Source: an uncultured Pseudomonadales bacterium
GTDB taxonomy: Bacteria > Pseudomonadota > Gammaproteobacteria > Pseudomonadales > UBA7239
Assembly (NCBI GenBank): GCA_964403125.1
Contig: CAYOEO010000005.1
Coordinates: forward strand, 1,280-65,279
DNA length: 64,000 nucleotides
Reading direction: 5' to 3'
The notes beneath the pieces are model-generated. The model was given only the letters and a program-made list of their open reading frames with translations. It did no database searches and was not told the origin of the DNA. Numbering within the stretch: position 1 is the stretch's first letter; each line of letters opens with the position of its first letter. The position numbers were made by a program, and so were the translations under genes. Shown here piece after piece: positions 21,538 through 33,654 of this stretch.

Positions 21538-24500
21538 ATGCGTGCGCGCGGCTTATACGACCCGTCCAATGAACACGATGCCTGTGGTATCGGGTTTGTC
21601 GCTCACATAAAAGGCCAAAAGAGCCATGCAATTGTTGAGCAAGGTCTACAAATTTTAGAAAACCTTGAGCACCGTGGTGCTGTGGGCTCTGACCCATTAA
21701 TGGGCGATGGCGCGGGTATTCTGATTCAGATTCCTGACCAGTTTTATCGCGAAGAAATGGCAAAGCAGGGCGTGACACTGCCACCTGCTGGTGAATACGG
21801 CGTAGGCATGATCTTCCTGCCGAAAGAGTCGGCATCGCGCATTGCCTGTGAGCAAGAAATCGAGCGCGCAGTGCGCAACGAAGGTCAAATTATTCTGGGA
21901 TGGCGCGATGTGCCGGTCGATATGGGGATGCCCATGTCGCCAACCGTGCGCGCAAAAGAACCTGTTATTCGCCAGATTTTTATCGGTCATAGCCAAGATG
22001 TACTGGTAACCGATGCGCTGGAGCGCAAGTTGTATGTCATCCGCAAATCATCCGGTCACGCCATTCAATCGCTGAAATTAATTCATGGCAAAGAGTTTTT
22101 TGTGCCGTCGATGTCAGCGCGTACCGTGGTGTACAAGGGTTTGCTGTTAGCGAATCAAGTTGGCGTTTACTACAAAGATTTACAAGATCCGCGCTGCGTT
22201 TCTGCGCTGGCGTTGGTGCATCAGCGTTTCTCGACTAACACTTTTCCTGAGTGGCCGCTGGCGCATCCCTATCGCATGATTGCCCATAACGGTGAAATCA
22301 ATACCGTGAAAGGCAATTTCAATTGGATGCGTGCGCGCGAAGGCGTAATGAAATCCGCTGTATTGGGTGACGATTTACAAAAATTATTCCCTCTGATTTA
22401 TGAAGGTCAGTCGGATACTGCCTGCTTCGATAATGCGTTGGAATTACTGGTGATGGCGGGCTACCCCATCGCGCAAGCCATGATGATGATGGTGCCGGAA
22501 GCATGGGAGAATCACACCCTGATGGATGAAAATCGCCGTGCATTTTATGAATACCACGCTGCGATGATGGAGCCGTGGGACGGTCCTGCGGCGCTGGCAT
22601 TCACGGATGGTCGTTACATCGGCGGCACTTTGGATAGAAATGGTTTGCGTCCTGCGCGTTTCTTGGTGACGGACGATGATTTGGTGGTCATGGCCTCTGA
22701 GTCCGGCGTGCTGCCGATTCCTGATGCCAAGATCAACAAAAAATGGCGTTTGCAGCCAGGAAAAATGTTCCTGATTGATTTGGAAGAAGGTCGCATCATC
22801 GGCGATAAAGAGTTAAAAGATACCTACGCCAGCGCCAAACCATACAAAGCATGGATTAATTCCGTACGTATCAAATTGGATGAATTGAAAGACGCCAATG
22901 CAGCAGCGCCTGCCGAAGCATCTGCTGTGAGCTTGCTGGATAAACAGCAAGCGTTTGGTTACACACAAGAAGATATCAAAACCATTTTGTCGGCGATGGC
23001 AGCTAATGGTGAAGAAGCAACTGGCTCTATGGGTAATGATTCGCCGCTGGCGGTGATGTCCGACAAATTGAAGCCGTTATACAACTATTTCAAACAGTTG
23101 TTCGCGCAGGTGACCAATCCGCCGATTGATCCAATTCGTGAAGCGATGGTTATGTCGCTGGTGTCCTTCATCGGACCAAAACCGAATTTGTTAGATACCA
23201 ATAACATCAATCCGCCGTTGCGTTTGGAAGTGTCGCAGCCTGTATTGGATGTGGCGGATATGCAGCGCATTCGCAATATTGATGCGTTGACCGGCGGTAA
23301 TTTCAAATCGTTTGAACTCAATATTTGTTATCCCGTTGCGTGGGGTAAGGAAGGTGTTGAAGCGCGCTTGGCTTCTCTGTGTGCCAAAGCAGTCGATGCT
23401 ATTCGCGATGGCTACAACATTCTGATTATTTCTGATCGCAAAATGGATGCGGATCATGTGGCAATTCCAGCACTGCTGGCAACCTCTGCTATTCATCAAC
23501 ACTTGGTCAGAAAAGGTTTGCGCACTGCAACCGGTTTGGTGGTAGAGACTGGTTCGGCTAAAGAAGTGCACCACTTTGCGTTGTTAGGTGGTTACGGTGC
23601 TGAAGCGGTGCATCCTTATCTGGCAATTGAAACTTTGCTCGATATGGCCAGCAAACTGCCGAAAGAATTTTCAGCAGAAAAAGTGGTGTATAACTTCAAA
23701 AAAGCGATCAACAAAGGCTTGATGAAAGTGATGTCGAAAATGGGCATCTCTACTTATATGTCTTATTGCGGCGCGCAAATTTTTGAAGCGATTGGTTTGA
23801 ATCGTGCGTTGATTGATAAGTATTTCACCGGCACGCCTTCCAATGTAGAAGGTATCGGTTTGTTTGAAATCGCTGAAGAAGCTGTGCGTTTGCATCAGCA
23901 AGCGTTTGGTGGCGATCAAGTGCTAGTCAATATGCTGGATGCGGGCGGTGAATATGCGTTCCGTGTGCGCGGCGAAGAACATATGTGGACGCCGGATGCG
24001 ATTGCAAAATTGCAGCACTCCACTAAAACCAACAGCTACAATACTTACAAAGAATACGCACAAATTATCAATGATCAGAGTCAGCGCCACATGACGCTGC
24101 GCGGATTGTTTGAATTCCGTTTTGATAAAGCACAATCCATTCCATTGGAAGAAGTGGAGCCGGCGAAAGAAATCGTCAAGCGATTTGCCTCCGGTGCCAT
24201 GTCTCTGGGTTCTATCAGCAGTGAGGCGCACACCACGTTAGCTGTGGCGATGAACCGTATCGGTGGTAAATCGAATACAGGTGAAGGCGGCGAAGACCCT
24301 AAACGTTATCGCCAAGAACAAGCGGGTGTTGCGATCAAAGATGGTGACACTATTGCATCTGTTATTGGCAGTGATCGTATCGTTGCAGATATTCCGTTGA
24401 AAGCGGGCGATTCGTTGCGTTCGCGTATCAAACAGGTCGCTGCCGGTCGTTTTGGTGTGACTGCGGAGTATTTAAATTCTGCGGATCAAATTCAAATCAA

Positions 24501-26232
24501 AATGGCGCAGGGCGCGAAGCCGGGTGAAGGTGGTCAGTTGCCGGGCGGCAAAGTATCGGAATACATTGCGCAGTTGCGTTTTTCTGTGCCGGGCGTGGGT
24601 TTGATTTCTCCGCCGCCGCACCACGATATTTATTCCATCGAAGATCTCGCGCAATTAATTCACGATTTGAAAAACGCGAATCCACGCGCCTCTATTTCAG
24701 TGAAATTAGTAGCGGAAGTTGGCGTGGGTACGGTTGCTGCGGGTGTGGCAAAAGCTAAATCGGATCATTTAGTGATTGCAGGTCACGATGGCGGCACGGG
24801 TGCTTCGCCTTTGTCTTCAGTGAAACACGCGGGCGCACCGTGGGAATTGGGTTTGTCTGAAACGCAGCAAACACTGGTACTCAATGGTTTGCGTAGCCGT
24901 ATTCGCGTGCAGGCTGACGGCCAAATGAAAACAGGTCGCGATGTGGTGATCGCGGCACTGTTGGGTGCTGATGAAGTCGGCTTTGCAACAGCGCCTTTGG
25001 TGGTTGAAGGCTGCATCATGTTGCGTAAATGCCACTTGAATACTTGCTCAGTGGGTGTTGCTACGCAAGATCCTGTATTGCGCGCGAAATTTGCCGGTAA
25101 ACCAGAACATGTGGTGAATTATTTCTTCTTCGTAGCAGAAGAGGCGCGTCAAATCATGGCGCAGCTCGGCGTGCGTACTTTTGATGAATTGATTGGTCGT
25201 TCTGATTTGTTGGATAAATCCAAAGCGATTACGCATTGGAAAGCGAAAGGTTTGGATTTCAGCAAATTGCTGTATCAGCCTGAGTCAGATGGTGCTGCTC
25301 GTTATCATGTGGAAGATCAAGATCACGGTCTTGATAAAGCACTGGATAACGAATTGATTGCAAAATCTGCTGCGGCATTGGAAAAAGGCACAAAAGTTTC
25401 TTTTGTTTCTCCAGTGAAAAACTTGAATCGCACGGTCGGCACGATGCTGTCGAGCGAAGTCGCAAAGCGTTACGGTCACGACGGTTTGCCAAGCGACACC
25501 ATTCATATCGAACTGAATGGTACGGCGGGGCAATCGGCGGCAGCATTTTTGGCGCACGGCATCACGCTAGATTTGGTCGGTGAAGGAAATGACTATGTCG
25601 GTAAAGGTTTGTCTGGCGGTCGCGTGATTGTTCGTCCAAGCAAAGATTTTCGCGGTGTAGCGGCTGAAAATATGATTATCGGCAACACTGTGTTGTACGG
25701 AGCGATTGCTGGCGAAGCGTATTTCTGTGGTGTTGCGGGCGAGCGTTTTGCGGTGCGTAATTCTGGCGCGGCAACAGTCGTTGAAGGTGTGGGCGACCAC
25801 GGTTGCGAATACATGACAGGCGGCACGGTGGTTGTGTTGGGTGATACCGGACGCAACTTTGCGGCAGGTATGTCGGGTGGTATTGCGTATGTGTACGATC
25901 CTGCCGGCAATTTTGCCAGCAAGTGCAATATGGATATGGTGAAGCTAGAGTCGGTATTAACAGTTGCCGAGCAAGATAAACAAGTGGATCGCACGCTGTG
26001 GCACGCGGAGCAGCGCGGTGAAAATGGCGCGGAAGATGAAGCGCTGTTGAAGAACTTGATCGAGCGCCATGCGCGTTACACCGGCAGCGAACGCGCAAAA
26101 GAAATTCTGAACGATTGGGATAGAAATCGCGCACTGTTTGTTAAAGTTTTTCCGAATGAATATCGTCGTGCACTGAGTGAAATTAATGCAGCAGCGGCAT
26201 CATCGAAAAAACAAGCTGGTGTTTCTGCTTAA
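21538..26232 (+). CDS. gltB: Glutamate synthase (NADPH) large subunit
   Basis: An N-terminal Ntn amidotransferase Cys ([13 protein letters not shown]) is followed by central, FMN and C-terminal GXGXG-repeat domains. gltD follows. Confidence 0.95.
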   Translation: MRARGLYDPSNEHDACGIGFVAHIKGQKSHAIVEQGLQILENLEHRGAVGSDPLMGDGAGILIQIPDQFYREEMAKQGVTLPPAGEYGVGMIFLPKESASRIACEQEIERAVRNEGQIILGWRDVPVDMGMPMSPTVRAKEPVIRQIFIGHSQDVLVTDALERKLYVIRKSSGHAIQSLKLIHGKEFFVPSMSARTVVYKGLLLANQVGVYYKDLQDPRCVSALALVHQRFSTNTFPEWPLAHPYRMIAHNGEINTVKGNFNWMRAREGVMKSAVLGDDLQKLFPLIYEGQSDTACFDNALELLVMAGYPIAQAMMMMVPEAWENHTLMDENRRAFYEYHAAMMEPWDGPAALAFTDGRYIGGTLDRNGLRPARFLVTDDDLVVMASESGVLPIPDAKINKKWRLQPGKMFLIDLEEGRIIGDKELKDTYASAKPYKAWINSVRIKLDELKDANAAAPAEASAVSLLDKQQAFGYTQEDIKTILSAMAANGEEATGSMGNDSPLAVMSDKLKPLYNYFKQLFAQVTNPPIDPIREAMVMSLVSFIGPKPNLLDTNNINPPLRLEVSQPVLDVADMQRIRNIDALTGGNFKSFELNICYPVAWGKEGVEARLASLCAKAVDAIRDGYNILIISDRKMDADHVAIPALLATSAIHQHLVRKGLRTATGLVVETGSAKEVHHFALLGGYGAEAVHPYLAIETLLDMASKLPKEFSAEKVVYNFKKAINKGLMKVMSKMGISTYMSYCGAQIFEAIGLNRALIDKYFTGTPSNVEGIGLFEIAEEAVRLHQQAFGGDQVLVNMLDAGGEYAFRVRGEEHMWTPDAIAKLQHSTKTNSYNTYKEYAQIINDQSQRHMTLRGLFEFRFDKAQSIPLEEVEPAKEIVKRFASGAMSLGSISSEAHTTLAVAMNRIGGKSNTGEGGEDPKRYRQEQAGVAIKDGDTIASVIGSDRIVADIPLKAGDSLRSRIKQVAAGRFGVTAEYLNSADQIQIKMAQGAKPGEGGQLPGGKVSEYIAQLRFSVPGVGLISPPPHHDIYSIEDLAQLIHDLKNANPRASISVKLVAEVGVGTVAAGVAKAKSDHLVIAGHDGGTGASPLSSVKHAGAPWELGLSETQQTLVLNGLRSRIRVQADGQMKTGRDVVIAALLGADEVGFATAPLVVEGCIMLRKCHLNTCSVGVATQDPVLRAKFAGKPEHVVNYFFFVAEEARQIMAQLGVRTFDELIGRSDLLDKSKAITHWKAKGLDFSKLLYQPESDGAARYHVEDQDHGLDKALDNELIAKSAAALEKGTKVSFVSPVKNLNRTVGTMLSSEVAKRYGHDGLPSDTIHIELNGTAGQSAAAFLAHGITLDLVGEGNDYVGKGLSGGRVIVRPSKDFRGVAAENMIIGNTVLYGAIAGEAYFCGVAGERFAVRNSGAATVVEGVGDHGCEYMTGGTVVVLGDTGRNFAAGMSGGIAYVYDPAGNFASKCNMDMVKLESVLTVAEQDKQVDRTLWHAEQRGENGAEDEALLKNLIERHARYTGSERAKEILNDWDRNRALFVKVFPNEYRRALSEINAAAASSKKQAGVSA

Positions 26233-26274
26233 CGATTATTCGGCAAAGCCTGATTTAGAGATAGAGGTTGTGTA

Positions 26275-27738
26275 ATGGGTAAAATTACCGGTTTTATGGA
26301 GTTTGAACGTCAAAAAGACGAGTACGCTGATGTTGCTGGGCGAATCAAACATTACAAAGAATTTGTTATTCCCATGGCGGATGAAAAAGCCACTGTCCAA
26401 GCTGCGCGTTGCATGGATTGCGGTACGCCTTTTTGTACAACCGGCTGCCCTGTTAACAATATCATTCCTGATTGGAATGATTTGGTTTACAACGGTAACT
26501 ATCAGCAAGCATTAACCACGCTGCATTCCACCAATAACTTCCCAGAGTTTACTGGACGCATTTGTCCTGCGCCTTGCGAGGCGGCTTGTACTTTGAATGT
26601 CAATCGCGACCCTGTTGGTATTAAATCGATAGAGCGATTTATTGCAGAAAAAGGTTGGGAAAACACGTGGATTGCGCCGCAGCCCGCTGCCAATAAAACC
26701 GGCAAAAAAGTTGCGGTGGTGGGTTCTGGTCCTGCAGGTTTGGCGGCGGCACAACAGTTGGCGCGCGCCGGTCATACGGTGACAGTATTTGAAAAAAATG
26801 ATCGCATCGGCGGTTTGATGCGCTACGGCATTCCTGGTTTTAAATTGGAAAAATCTGTCGTTGATCGCCGTCTTGAGCAAATGAAAGCGGAAGGTGTGAC
26901 ATTCCGTACCGGCGTGTTGATTGGTAAAGATTTTCCCAGCATCGTGAATAATGACGCGAAAGAAATTATTTCACCGGCGCAATTGCAAAAAGATTTTGAT
27001 GCTGTGGTGATGGCAGGCGGTGCAGAAATGCCGCGCGATTTGCCTGCGCCTGGTCGCGAGCTGCAAGGCATTCATTTTGCGATGGAATTTTTGCCGCAAC
27101 AAAATAAAGTGGATGCTGGTGATAAATTGCCACAGCAAATTCTTGCGACTGGCAAGCATGTGGTTGTTATTGGCGGCGGTGACACGGGTTCTGACTGTGT
27201 TGGCACATCCAATCGCCATGGCGCATTGAGCGTGACGCAGTTGGAAGTGATGCCGCGCCCACCTGAGCAAGAAAACAAGCCCTTGGTGTGGCCGTACTGG
27301 CCACTGAAATTGCGTACATCTTCATCGCATGATGAGGGCTGTGAGCGCGATTGGTCTGTATCCACCAAGCGTTTTGAAGGTAGCAACGGCAAAGTAGAAA
27401 AAATTATTGCCTGCCGTGTTGAATTCAAAGAAGGCAAATTGGAAGAAATGCCAAACTCTGAATTCGAAATCAAAGCTGATTTGATTTTGTTGGCGATGGG
27501 TTTTGTTTCTCCGGTTACGAATGTGTTGGATGCCTTTGGCGTGGAAAAAGATGCACGCGGCAATGTGAAAGCCAGCACGGATGGCGAAGGCTGCTATCGC
27601 ACATCGGTGGATAAAGTATTTACGGCGGGCGATATGCGTCGCGGTCAGTCGCTAGTGGTGTGGGCGATTCGTGAAGGTCGTCAGTGTGCGCGTGAAGTGG
27701 ATGCATTCTTGATGGGTTCTTCTATACTTCCCCGCTAG
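26275..27738 (+). CDS. gltD: Glutamate synthase (NADPH) small subunit
   Basis: Fe-S Cys clusters ([18 protein letters not shown]) and dinucleotide-binding motifs [14 protein letters not shown] and [13 protein letters not shown] are present. Confidence 0.95.
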   Translation: MGKITGFMEFERQKDEYADVAGRIKHYKEFVIPMADEKATVQAARCMDCGTPFCTTGCPVNNIIPDWNDLVYNGNYQQALTTLHSTNNFPEFTGRICPAPCEAACTLNVNRDPVGIKSIERFIAEKGWENTWIAPQPAANKTGKKVAVVGSGPAGLAAAQQLARAGHTVTVFEKNDRIGGLMRYGIPGFKLEKSVVDRRLEQMKAEGVTFRTGVLIGKDFPSIVNNDAKEIISPAQLQKDFDAVVMAGGAEMPRDLPAPGRELQGIHFAMEFLPQQNKVDAGDKLPQQILATGKHVVVIGGGDTGSDCVGTSNRHGALSVTQLEVMPRPPEQENKPLVWPYWPLKLRTSSSHDEGCERDWSVSTKRFEGSNGKVEKIIACRVEFKEGKLEEMPNSEFEIKADLILLAMGFVSPVTNVLDAFGVEKDARGNVKASTDGEGCYRTSVDKVFTAGDMRRGQSLVVWAIREGRQCAREVDAFLMGSSILPR

Positions 27739-27757
27739 AGCATCGCTAGCTTCCCCT

Positions 27758-27788
27758 AAAGGCCGCTGTTGCGGCCTTTATTTTTTTC
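27758..27788 (+). terminator. Rho-independent terminator after gltD
   Basis: A 9-bp stem (AAAGGCCGC / GCGGCCTTT) with loop TGTT is followed by ATTTTTTT. Confidence 0.8.
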
Positions 27789-27824
27789 AGACATTTTTTT
27801 AAACAATGCGCTGCGAGTTTCGTT

Positions 27825-28883
27825 ATGACTGAATTAAAAAATGATCGTTTTCTCCGCGCCTTGATGCGCCAGCCCGTCGATATGACACCGGTGTGGATGA
27901 TGCGTCAAGCGGGACGCTATCTGCCTGAGTATCGCGCAACACGTGCTCAGGCGGGCGATTTTCTTTCTTTGTGTATGAATCCTGAGCTGGCGTGTGAAGT
28001 GACTTTGCAGCCACTTCGTCGCTACGCGCTCGACGCGGCAATTTTATTTTCAGACATCCTCACTATTCCCGATGCGATGGGTTTGGGTTTGTATTTTGAG
28101 GAGGGCGAAGGTCCTCGCTTTCGCAAAACGATACGCACAGAAGTGGATGTTGCACAGCTGTCTGTAATCAAACCAGAAAAAGATTTGCCGTATGTGATGG
28201 ATGCCGTGAAGTTGATTCGTCGCGAATTAAACGGTGCCGTGCCTTTGATTGGGTTTTCTGGCAGCCCGTGGACTTTAGCTACTTACATGATTGAAGGCGG
28301 CTCCAGTCGCGAGTTTCAGCATGCAAAAAGAATGCTGCACGACACACCAGCGATGTTGCATCAATTGCTGGCAGTGTTGGCTGACTCAGTTGCCGCTTAT
28401 CTCAACGCACAAATTGCGGCAGGCGCGCAGGCGGTGCAGATTTTCGATACTTGGGGCGGCGCGTTGAGTCACACAGCTTACGAAGAGTTTTCGCTGGCGT
28501 ACATGATGCGTGTGGTGAACCAATTACAGCGCGAGCGAGAAGGGCGTGCAGTGCCAGTGATTCTGTTTACCAAAGGCGGTGGTCAGTGGCTGGAAGCGAT
28601 GGTTGCTTCTGGCTGCGATGCCTTGGGTTTGGATTGGACTGTGGATATTGGTCGTGCGCGACAGCGCGTAGGCGACAAAGTTGCGCTACAAGGCAATATG
28701 GATCCCGCAATCCTGCGTGCATCCCCGCAAGCCATACGCGCAGAAGTGAAACGCATTGTGGAAAGCTACGGCGCACACCATGGTCATGTCTTTAACCTCG
28801 GTCATGGCATCACGCCTGATGTCCTGCCCGAACACGCCGGCTGCTTTATTGATGCAGTACACGAATTTTCTCAACAAAAATAA
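27825..28883 (+). CDS. hemE: Uroporphyrinogen decarboxylase
   Basis: The [15 protein letters not shown] signature is present in a 352-aa protein. Confidence 0.95.
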   Translation: MTELKNDRFLRALMRQPVDMTPVWMMRQAGRYLPEYRATRAQAGDFLSLCMNPELACEVTLQPLRRYALDAAILFSDILTIPDAMGLGLYFEEGEGPRFRKTIRTEVDVAQLSVIKPEKDLPYVMDAVKLIRRELNGAVPLIGFSGSPWTLATYMIEGGSSREFQHAKRMLHDTPAMLHQLLAVLADSVAAYLNAQIAAGAQAVQIFDTWGGALSHTAYEEFSLAYMMRVVNQLQREREGRAVPVILFTKGGGQWLEAMVASGCDALGLDWTVDIGRARQRVGDKVALQGNMDPAILRASPQAIRAEVKRIVESYGAHHGHVFNLGHGITPDVLPEHAGCFIDAVHEFSQQK

Positions 28884-28979
28884 ACATTTACTGGTGTCAG
28901 AGTCTTTGCACTGTCAGGAAAAAACGGTAAATTGAGCCTATAAATAAAAGAACGGGCAACCTACCTGAGGGAGTGCAGT

Positions 28980-30347
28980 GTGTCAGGTATCAAACAGGTC
29001 AAAGTCGATGTCAATGAGCTAATCATTGGCATGTACGTATCAGGGTTGGATCGACCTTGGTCGCAGACGCCATTTCCACTACAAGGTTTTTTCATTCGTC
29101 AGCCGGATGAAATCGATCAGCTGCGTTTGTATTGTAAATATGTGCTCATTGATGTGCAGCGCGGCAAGCAGCCTGTTGCTGTTAAGCACTCAACAATAGA
29201 AAAGAAAGCGGGTGCGGCAGGTGATAAGGTCGAAGCTGATCGGCAGCGTCAACAGATTACTGCTGCACCGCTTAAGTTGCGCCACAATTTTTACAGCGAA
29301 CCCGTTGCGCTGAAAAAAGAAAATGTTGCGGCAGAAAAATTGCACGGCGACATCAAGGCTAATCTCACTGAAGTGATGAGCGGTCTTACCCAAGGCGGCA
29401 CGATTGAAGTCAAAAAAACCACACAGCTTGCGAGTCAAGTTGTGGATTCGGTGGTGCGCAATCCCGATGCTTTTTCATGGTTGTCGCGTATTCGCGATAA
29501 AGACGAGTTCACTTACGGTCATGTCGTGCGATCGGCGGTGTGGGCCGGCGTTTTTGGGCGACACATCGGTCTCGATAAAAAAGAAATGAATGTGCTGGTG
29601 TCAGCTTGTTTGTTAAAAGATGTCGGCAAAGTGAAATTGCCCGAAAAATTGTTGTTGATACCAGAAGCGGATCGCACAGCAGAGCAACAGGCGGAATACA
29701 AAAAGTTTATTGATTACAGTGTGGAAACGCTGCGTGCAACACCAGGTGTCCCTGCTGAAATTATTCACGTGGTGCGCAATCATTGTGAGCGCTTTGATGG
29801 CTCTGGTTATCCGCAAGGTTTATTGGGCGACAAAATTCCTTTCTTAGCGAAAGTGGCAGGCATTGTTACGGTTTACGATGCAGTCACTAATCCGCGCAAC
29901 AGCAAATATCCATTGGCACCGTCAAAAGCAATGGCGAAGTTGTATGACATGCGCAACATCGAGTTTCAAGAAGAATTGGTGGTGCAGTTCATACAGGCTT
30001 TGGGTATTTATCCAACAGGAACACTCATTGAATTAAATACCGGTGAAGTGGCAGTTGTGGTTGAGCAAACGTTTGCACGCCGTTTGAAGCCCAAAGTGGC
30101 AGTTGTGATTGATAAAGACAAAAACAAACTCAAAGAACCGACGATTTTGGATTTGTTTGAAGATTTTTCAGAAAAACTGCGCAAAGCTGAAAAACGCGGC
30201 CAGCCCACCAGCTCGATTAAAGCCATTGAAATCGTCAAAGATTTAGAGCCTGGCAGCTACGATATTGATATCGCTGAAGTGCGCGATAGCTATCTGAAAG
30301 ATACATGGAACTGGCGCACTATGTTGGGCAATATTACCGGTCGCTGA
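28980..30347 (+). CDS. HD-GYP domain c-di-GMP phosphodiesterase with DUF3391-like N-terminus
   Basis: HVVRSAVW ... LLKDVGK ... HCERFDGSGYPQGL (HD and GYP motifs) are present. The N-terminal LIIGMYVSGLDRPWSQTPFPLQGFFI is typical of this family. It uses a GTG start. Confidence 0.85.
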   Translation: MSGIKQVKVDVNELIIGMYVSGLDRPWSQTPFPLQGFFIRQPDEIDQLRLYCKYVLIDVQRGKQPVAVKHSTIEKKAGAAGDKVEADRQRQQITAAPLKLRHNFYSEPVALKKENVAAEKLHGDIKANLTEVMSGLTQGGTIEVKKTTQLASQVVDSVVRNPDAFSWLSRIRDKDEFTYGHVVRSAVWAGVFGRHIGLDKKEMNVLVSACLLKDVGKVKLPEKLLLIPEADRTAEQQAEYKKFIDYSVETLRATPGVPAEIIHVVRNHCERFDGSGYPQGLLGDKIPFLAKVAGIVTVYDAVTNPRNSKYPLAPSKAMAKLYDMRNIEFQEELVVQFIQALGIYPTGTLIELNTGEVAVVVEQTFARRLKPKVAVVIDKDKNKLKEPTILDLFEDFSEKLRKAEKRGQPTSSIKAIEIVKDLEPGSYDIDIAEVRDSYLKDTWNWRTMLGNITGR

Positions 30348-30357
30348 TGTGAGTTGA

Positions 30358-30393
30358 ATGTATTTGAGGAGGAAGATCACTCCTCAAATACAT
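30358..30393. terminator. Perfect 14-bp inverted repeat between convergent genes (possible bidirectional terminator; no clear U-tract)
   Basis: ATGTATTTGAGGAG (30358-30371) pairs with CTCCTCAAATACAT (30380-30393) across an 8-nt loop. The right arm covers the last 4-5 codons of the minus-strand gene, and its stop codon lies in the loop. Confidence 0.4.
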
Positions 30394-32485
30394 AGTCCAT
30401 TTTGTCTCGCGGCGATTGGATGTAGTGACCTTGGATAAAGTGCGCACCGGACTGCCACAATGTTGCCATCAAAGAAGCCTGCTCCACATAAGGCACAATG
30501 GACGTTTTTCGTGCTTCATTTAGATGATGAATCAGTTCTTTCAGCGTATCTGATTTTTCATTTTTGTGCTGAATATCGTTGGCAAAAGAGCCGTCAATTT
30601 TCACCAGTTCAACACCCAAGTGGCTCAATGTTTTGAATGGATCCAATGAGCAGCCAAAGTGTTTAATGCTGCAGCGAATATTAAGATCACTCATGGCGTC
30701 ACAAAATGTTTTGGCATGAGTTAAATAATTTGCCGCATCATTTTCAGAAAACTGCAACATGATAGATTTTGCAGGAATGTTGGCGGTGCTCAGTGCGACT
30801 TTTAACCATGCAGGAAAACTTTCATCGCGCAACGTGGCTGCGCTGATATTGATGAGCAGGTTGGTGTCGTGTCCGGTGCTGTGATGCGCAGCCAAGGCTT
30901 TAGCCGCATTGATTGTTGTCCAGCGATCAATCTTCTTACCCAAATCATTGTTGTTGCCTAACGCCCTAAACATGTCTTTGTTGCTGATGGTTTGTCCGCT
31001 GGCGTCGGGTGCCATTTGCAGCAGTGCCTCGTAGTGCTCGGTGGTATCGCCTTGTAAGCTGATAAACGGCTGAAACTTCAGCGAGAAGCCATCTTTCTTT
31101 AACGTGTTTTCAATTACTTCAATGATCAGCGAGTCATCTTGCTCGTCTTTGGAGTCGCCCAGCGTGGCAATGAAATAACGCGCATCATTGCCTGCCCCAT
31201 TCTTACCTGCTTTGCGCACATCTTCGCAAGCGTGGTGGGCGCGGTCCAATACTTGATCTGAACTGGTGACTTTTTCAGTAATCGGACAGATGCCGATGCT
31301 AATCGTTACTTGCGTAGTTTTTCCGCCTGCTTGGCAGATATGTTCCGCGACTTTTTTGCACAGCGCGCGCGCTTGTTGTGTCTGCTGTTCTTCGTCAGTG
31401 CCGCTAGTGAGCCAAGCGAATTCGCCGTCGGCAATCCTGCCGATCGTGCCATTGCCACCCAGTGCGTTTTTAATAAAGTCCGCTAAATCTTTGGTGGCTG
31501 CATCGCGTGCAGAGGCACCTAGCGATGCGCGCATTTCATCGTACATGTCGATGCCAATAATATGCAGAGAACTGTATTTGTCTTTTTCTGCTGCGTCATG
31601 TACCGCTTGGTTGACCAAGTTGTTCATGTAGAGACGGTTGTAAATGCCGGTCAATGCATCGAGGTTGCTGGCTTTTTTGATTTCAGCGGCAACTGCTGCG
31701 CTGTCTAAGCCCAATTGCGCAGAAACGAGTAATTGTGTGCAGGGGTCGTTTTCAAAAATAGCGCGTGAGACGGCAATATCTATATTGAAATTGCTGTCGT
31801 CATTGCGTGTGCCAGTTAAAGACAATTCTTGGTTGTCATTTTCACTGAACTTAAAAGCCTTCATAAAACTTTTGTATTTTTCTTGATCGGCATTCGCGAT
31901 GATATCGACAACGGGCATCACAATAATGTCGTCAGCTTCTTTGTAGCCAAAACGCTCGGCAAAACTTTGGTTGGCGTACAGAAACATACCGTCTTCGACG
32001 TAGGCGATGGCATCGCGCGAGCTGTCGAGTAATTGTTGGCAGCGTTTTTCAGAGGCTAATAATTTTCTGTCGGCGGCGCGGCGTTCACGGCGCTCCTGCA
32101 AATTGCCTAACTCGCGTGCCATGACCATCAGCAGATGTTGGTCGTCATCCAAAATCACCACATCGCGTGCGCCGGCTTTTAAACCGTCAATCAAGGCGAT
32201 TGCCATTTCATCGGGATCTGTTTCGGTGAGAAAAATAGCAGGAATATCTTTATCTAATTTTTTGATAGAGCGCAGTGCGGCTTTGGGGTCGCAAGTTTTT
32301 GCAGTGTCTACGGCGAGCAACAAATCCCACGCTTGATCGCCTAATAATTTCTCTAAACCTTCAAGGCTGGGTACATGCTGTGAACGCATGGTATGACCGG
32401 AATTGCGCAACATACTCAGCAGGCGTTCAACCTCGCTGGCATTGTCATTGATGATGAGGAGACGAGTAGTTTCTGTTTTGCTCAT
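30377..32485 (-). CDS. REC-PAS-GGDEF-EAL protein with degenerate catalytic motifs (FimX-like)
   Basis: The 702-aa protein has an N-terminal receiver-like domain and a PAS domain (RDAIAYVEDGMFLYANQSF). Its GGDEF domain has signature RIADGEF instead of GG[DE]EF. Its EAL domain keeps EAL, NIS and KID but has KHFG for DDFG and LQFSE for E-x-x-E. Confidence 0.75.
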   Translation of the reverse strand: MSKTETTRLLIINDNASEVERLLSMLRNSGHTMRSQHVPSLEGLEKLLGDQAWDLLLAVDTAKTCDPKAALRSIKKLDKDIPAIFLTETDPDEMAIALIDGLKAGARDVVILDDDQHLLMVMARELGNLQERRERRAADRKLLASEKRCQQLLDSSRDAIAYVEDGMFLYANQSFAERFGYKEADDIIVMPVVDIIANADQEKYKSFMKAFKFSENDNQELSLTGTRNDDSNFNIDIAVSRAIFENDPCTQLLVSAQLGLDSAAVAAEIKKASNLDALTGIYNRLYMNNLVNQAVHDAAEKDKYSSLHIIGIDMYDEMRASLGASARDAATKDLADFIKNALGGNGTIGRIADGEFAWLTSGTDEEQQTQQARALCKKVAEHICQAGGKTTQVTISIGICPITEKVTSSDQVLDRAHHACEDVRKAGKNGAGNDARYFIATLGDSKDEQDDSLIIEVIENTLKKDGFSLKFQPFISLQGDTTEHYEALLQMAPDASGQTISNKDMFRALGNNNDLGKKIDRWTTINAAKALAAHHSTGHDTNLLINISAATLRDESFPAWLKVALSTANIPAKSIMLQFSENDAANYLTHAKTFCDAMSDLNIRCSIKHFGCSLDPFKTLSHLGVELVKIDGSFANDIQHKNEKSDTLKELIHHLNEARKTSIVPYVEQASLMATLWQSGAHFIQGHYIQSPRDKMDYVFEE

Positions 32486-32582
32486 GGGGGACTTATTTTT
32501 ATAGGCAAAGTGACGCTGCTTCTTGCAGCTAGACGCAGATGATAGCGAACTTAGGGAGCAAAGGAAAAGTTAGCAATTCGTG

Positions 32583-33611
32583 CTAGATCAGCCACGATTT
32601 TGAGGTGTGTCCTGCGTTCTCGCGCACCAAGCGTGGCACTAAAAAGCCGGGCAGTAGCGCCTGCAGCTCGTGGTGCAGTGTTTTGGCGACGGCATCATCG
32701 ACGGCAAAGTGCTGGCTGCCTTTGACTTTATCCAGCACATGCAAGTAGTAGGGCAGGCAGCCGACGGCAAACAGGCGCTCGCTGAGTGCAGCCAGCGTAG
32801 TGGCGCTGTTGTTGATATGCGCTAATAAAACGGATTGGTTGAGTGCGGTGATGCCTGCTTGTTTGAGTGCTTGTATAGATTGCGCGACAGCGGCATCAAT
32901 TTCATTCGGGTGATTGCAGTGCAGCACCACTATAGGTTGTAAACGGCTGTTCGTTAGCGTATGCAGCAAGGCCGGTGTGATGCGCTGTGGTATCACGACG
33001 GGCAGGCGCGTGTGCAGACGCAGGCGCGTGATGTGGGGGATGTTGGCAATTTGCTCGGTGAGCCACGCTAGTTGTTTGTCGGGCAGGGTGAGCGGGTCGC
33101 CACCGGACAGAATGACCTCGTTCAACTTGGTGTGTTGGCGGATGTAGGTGAGCGCCTGCTGCCAATCCAAGCGGCTGTTGCGGTTATCTTGGTAGGGAAA
33201 CTCGCGCCGAAAGCAGTAGCGGCAGTGCACTGCGCACAGGCTGGTGCTGATCAGCAGCACGCGCGAGGCATATTTGTGAATCAAGCCGGGTACTGGGTTA
33301 TGCGCTTGTTCATCGAGAGGGTCGCCAGAATAGCCCGGCTGCTCCAGTAATTCTGCGGATTGCGGCAGCACTTGCAGCAAGAGTGGATCGGTCGGGTTGC
33401 TCGATTCGATGCGCTGTAAATAAGGCTCTGGCACACGCAAAGGGAAATCGCGACACGCTTGAAAAATGGCGTCAGATTGATCGACGGATAGTGATAAGCG
33501 CTGGCATAACACAGCGGGATCGCTGATGGCAGATCGCAGTAGGGATTGCCAATCGTCATCGTGTTCGTGCGTGGTTTGAACCTGACAGGCTGCATCGGAA
33601 ACGGGTATCAT
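32583..33611 (-). CDS. epmB: EF-P beta-lysylation protein EpmB (lysine 2,3-aminomutase family radical SAM)
   Basis: The radical SAM CAVHCRYCFRR motif is present in a 342-aa protein divergent from efp. Confidence 0.85.
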   Translation of the reverse strand: MIPVSDAACQVQTTHEHDDDWQSLLRSAISDPAVLCQRLSLSVDQSDAIFQACRDFPLRVPEPYLQRIESSNPTDPLLLQVLPQSAELLEQPGYSGDPLDEQAHNPVPGLIHKYASRVLLISTSLCAVHCRYCFRREFPYQDNRNSRLDWQQALTYIRQHTKLNEVILSGGDPLTLPDKQLAWLTEQIANIPHITRLRLHTRLPVVIPQRITPALLHTLTNSRLQPIVVLHCNHPNEIDAAVAQSIQALKQAGITALNQSVLLAHINNSATTLAALSERLFAVGCLPYYLHVLDKVKGSQHFAVDDAVAKTLHHELQALLPGFLVPRLVRENAGHTSKSWLI

Positions 33612-33654
33612 TGCGCCTCTTTTTTTCAGGCCTGTTTGTTAACAGCGAGGGTTT

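Noticed and set aside
21538-26232. GltB at 1564 aa looks somewhat longer than the roughly 1480-1520 aa I expect
   Set aside because: The N- and C-termini look canonical and I could not localise an insertion by eye. It is not flagged without an alignment.
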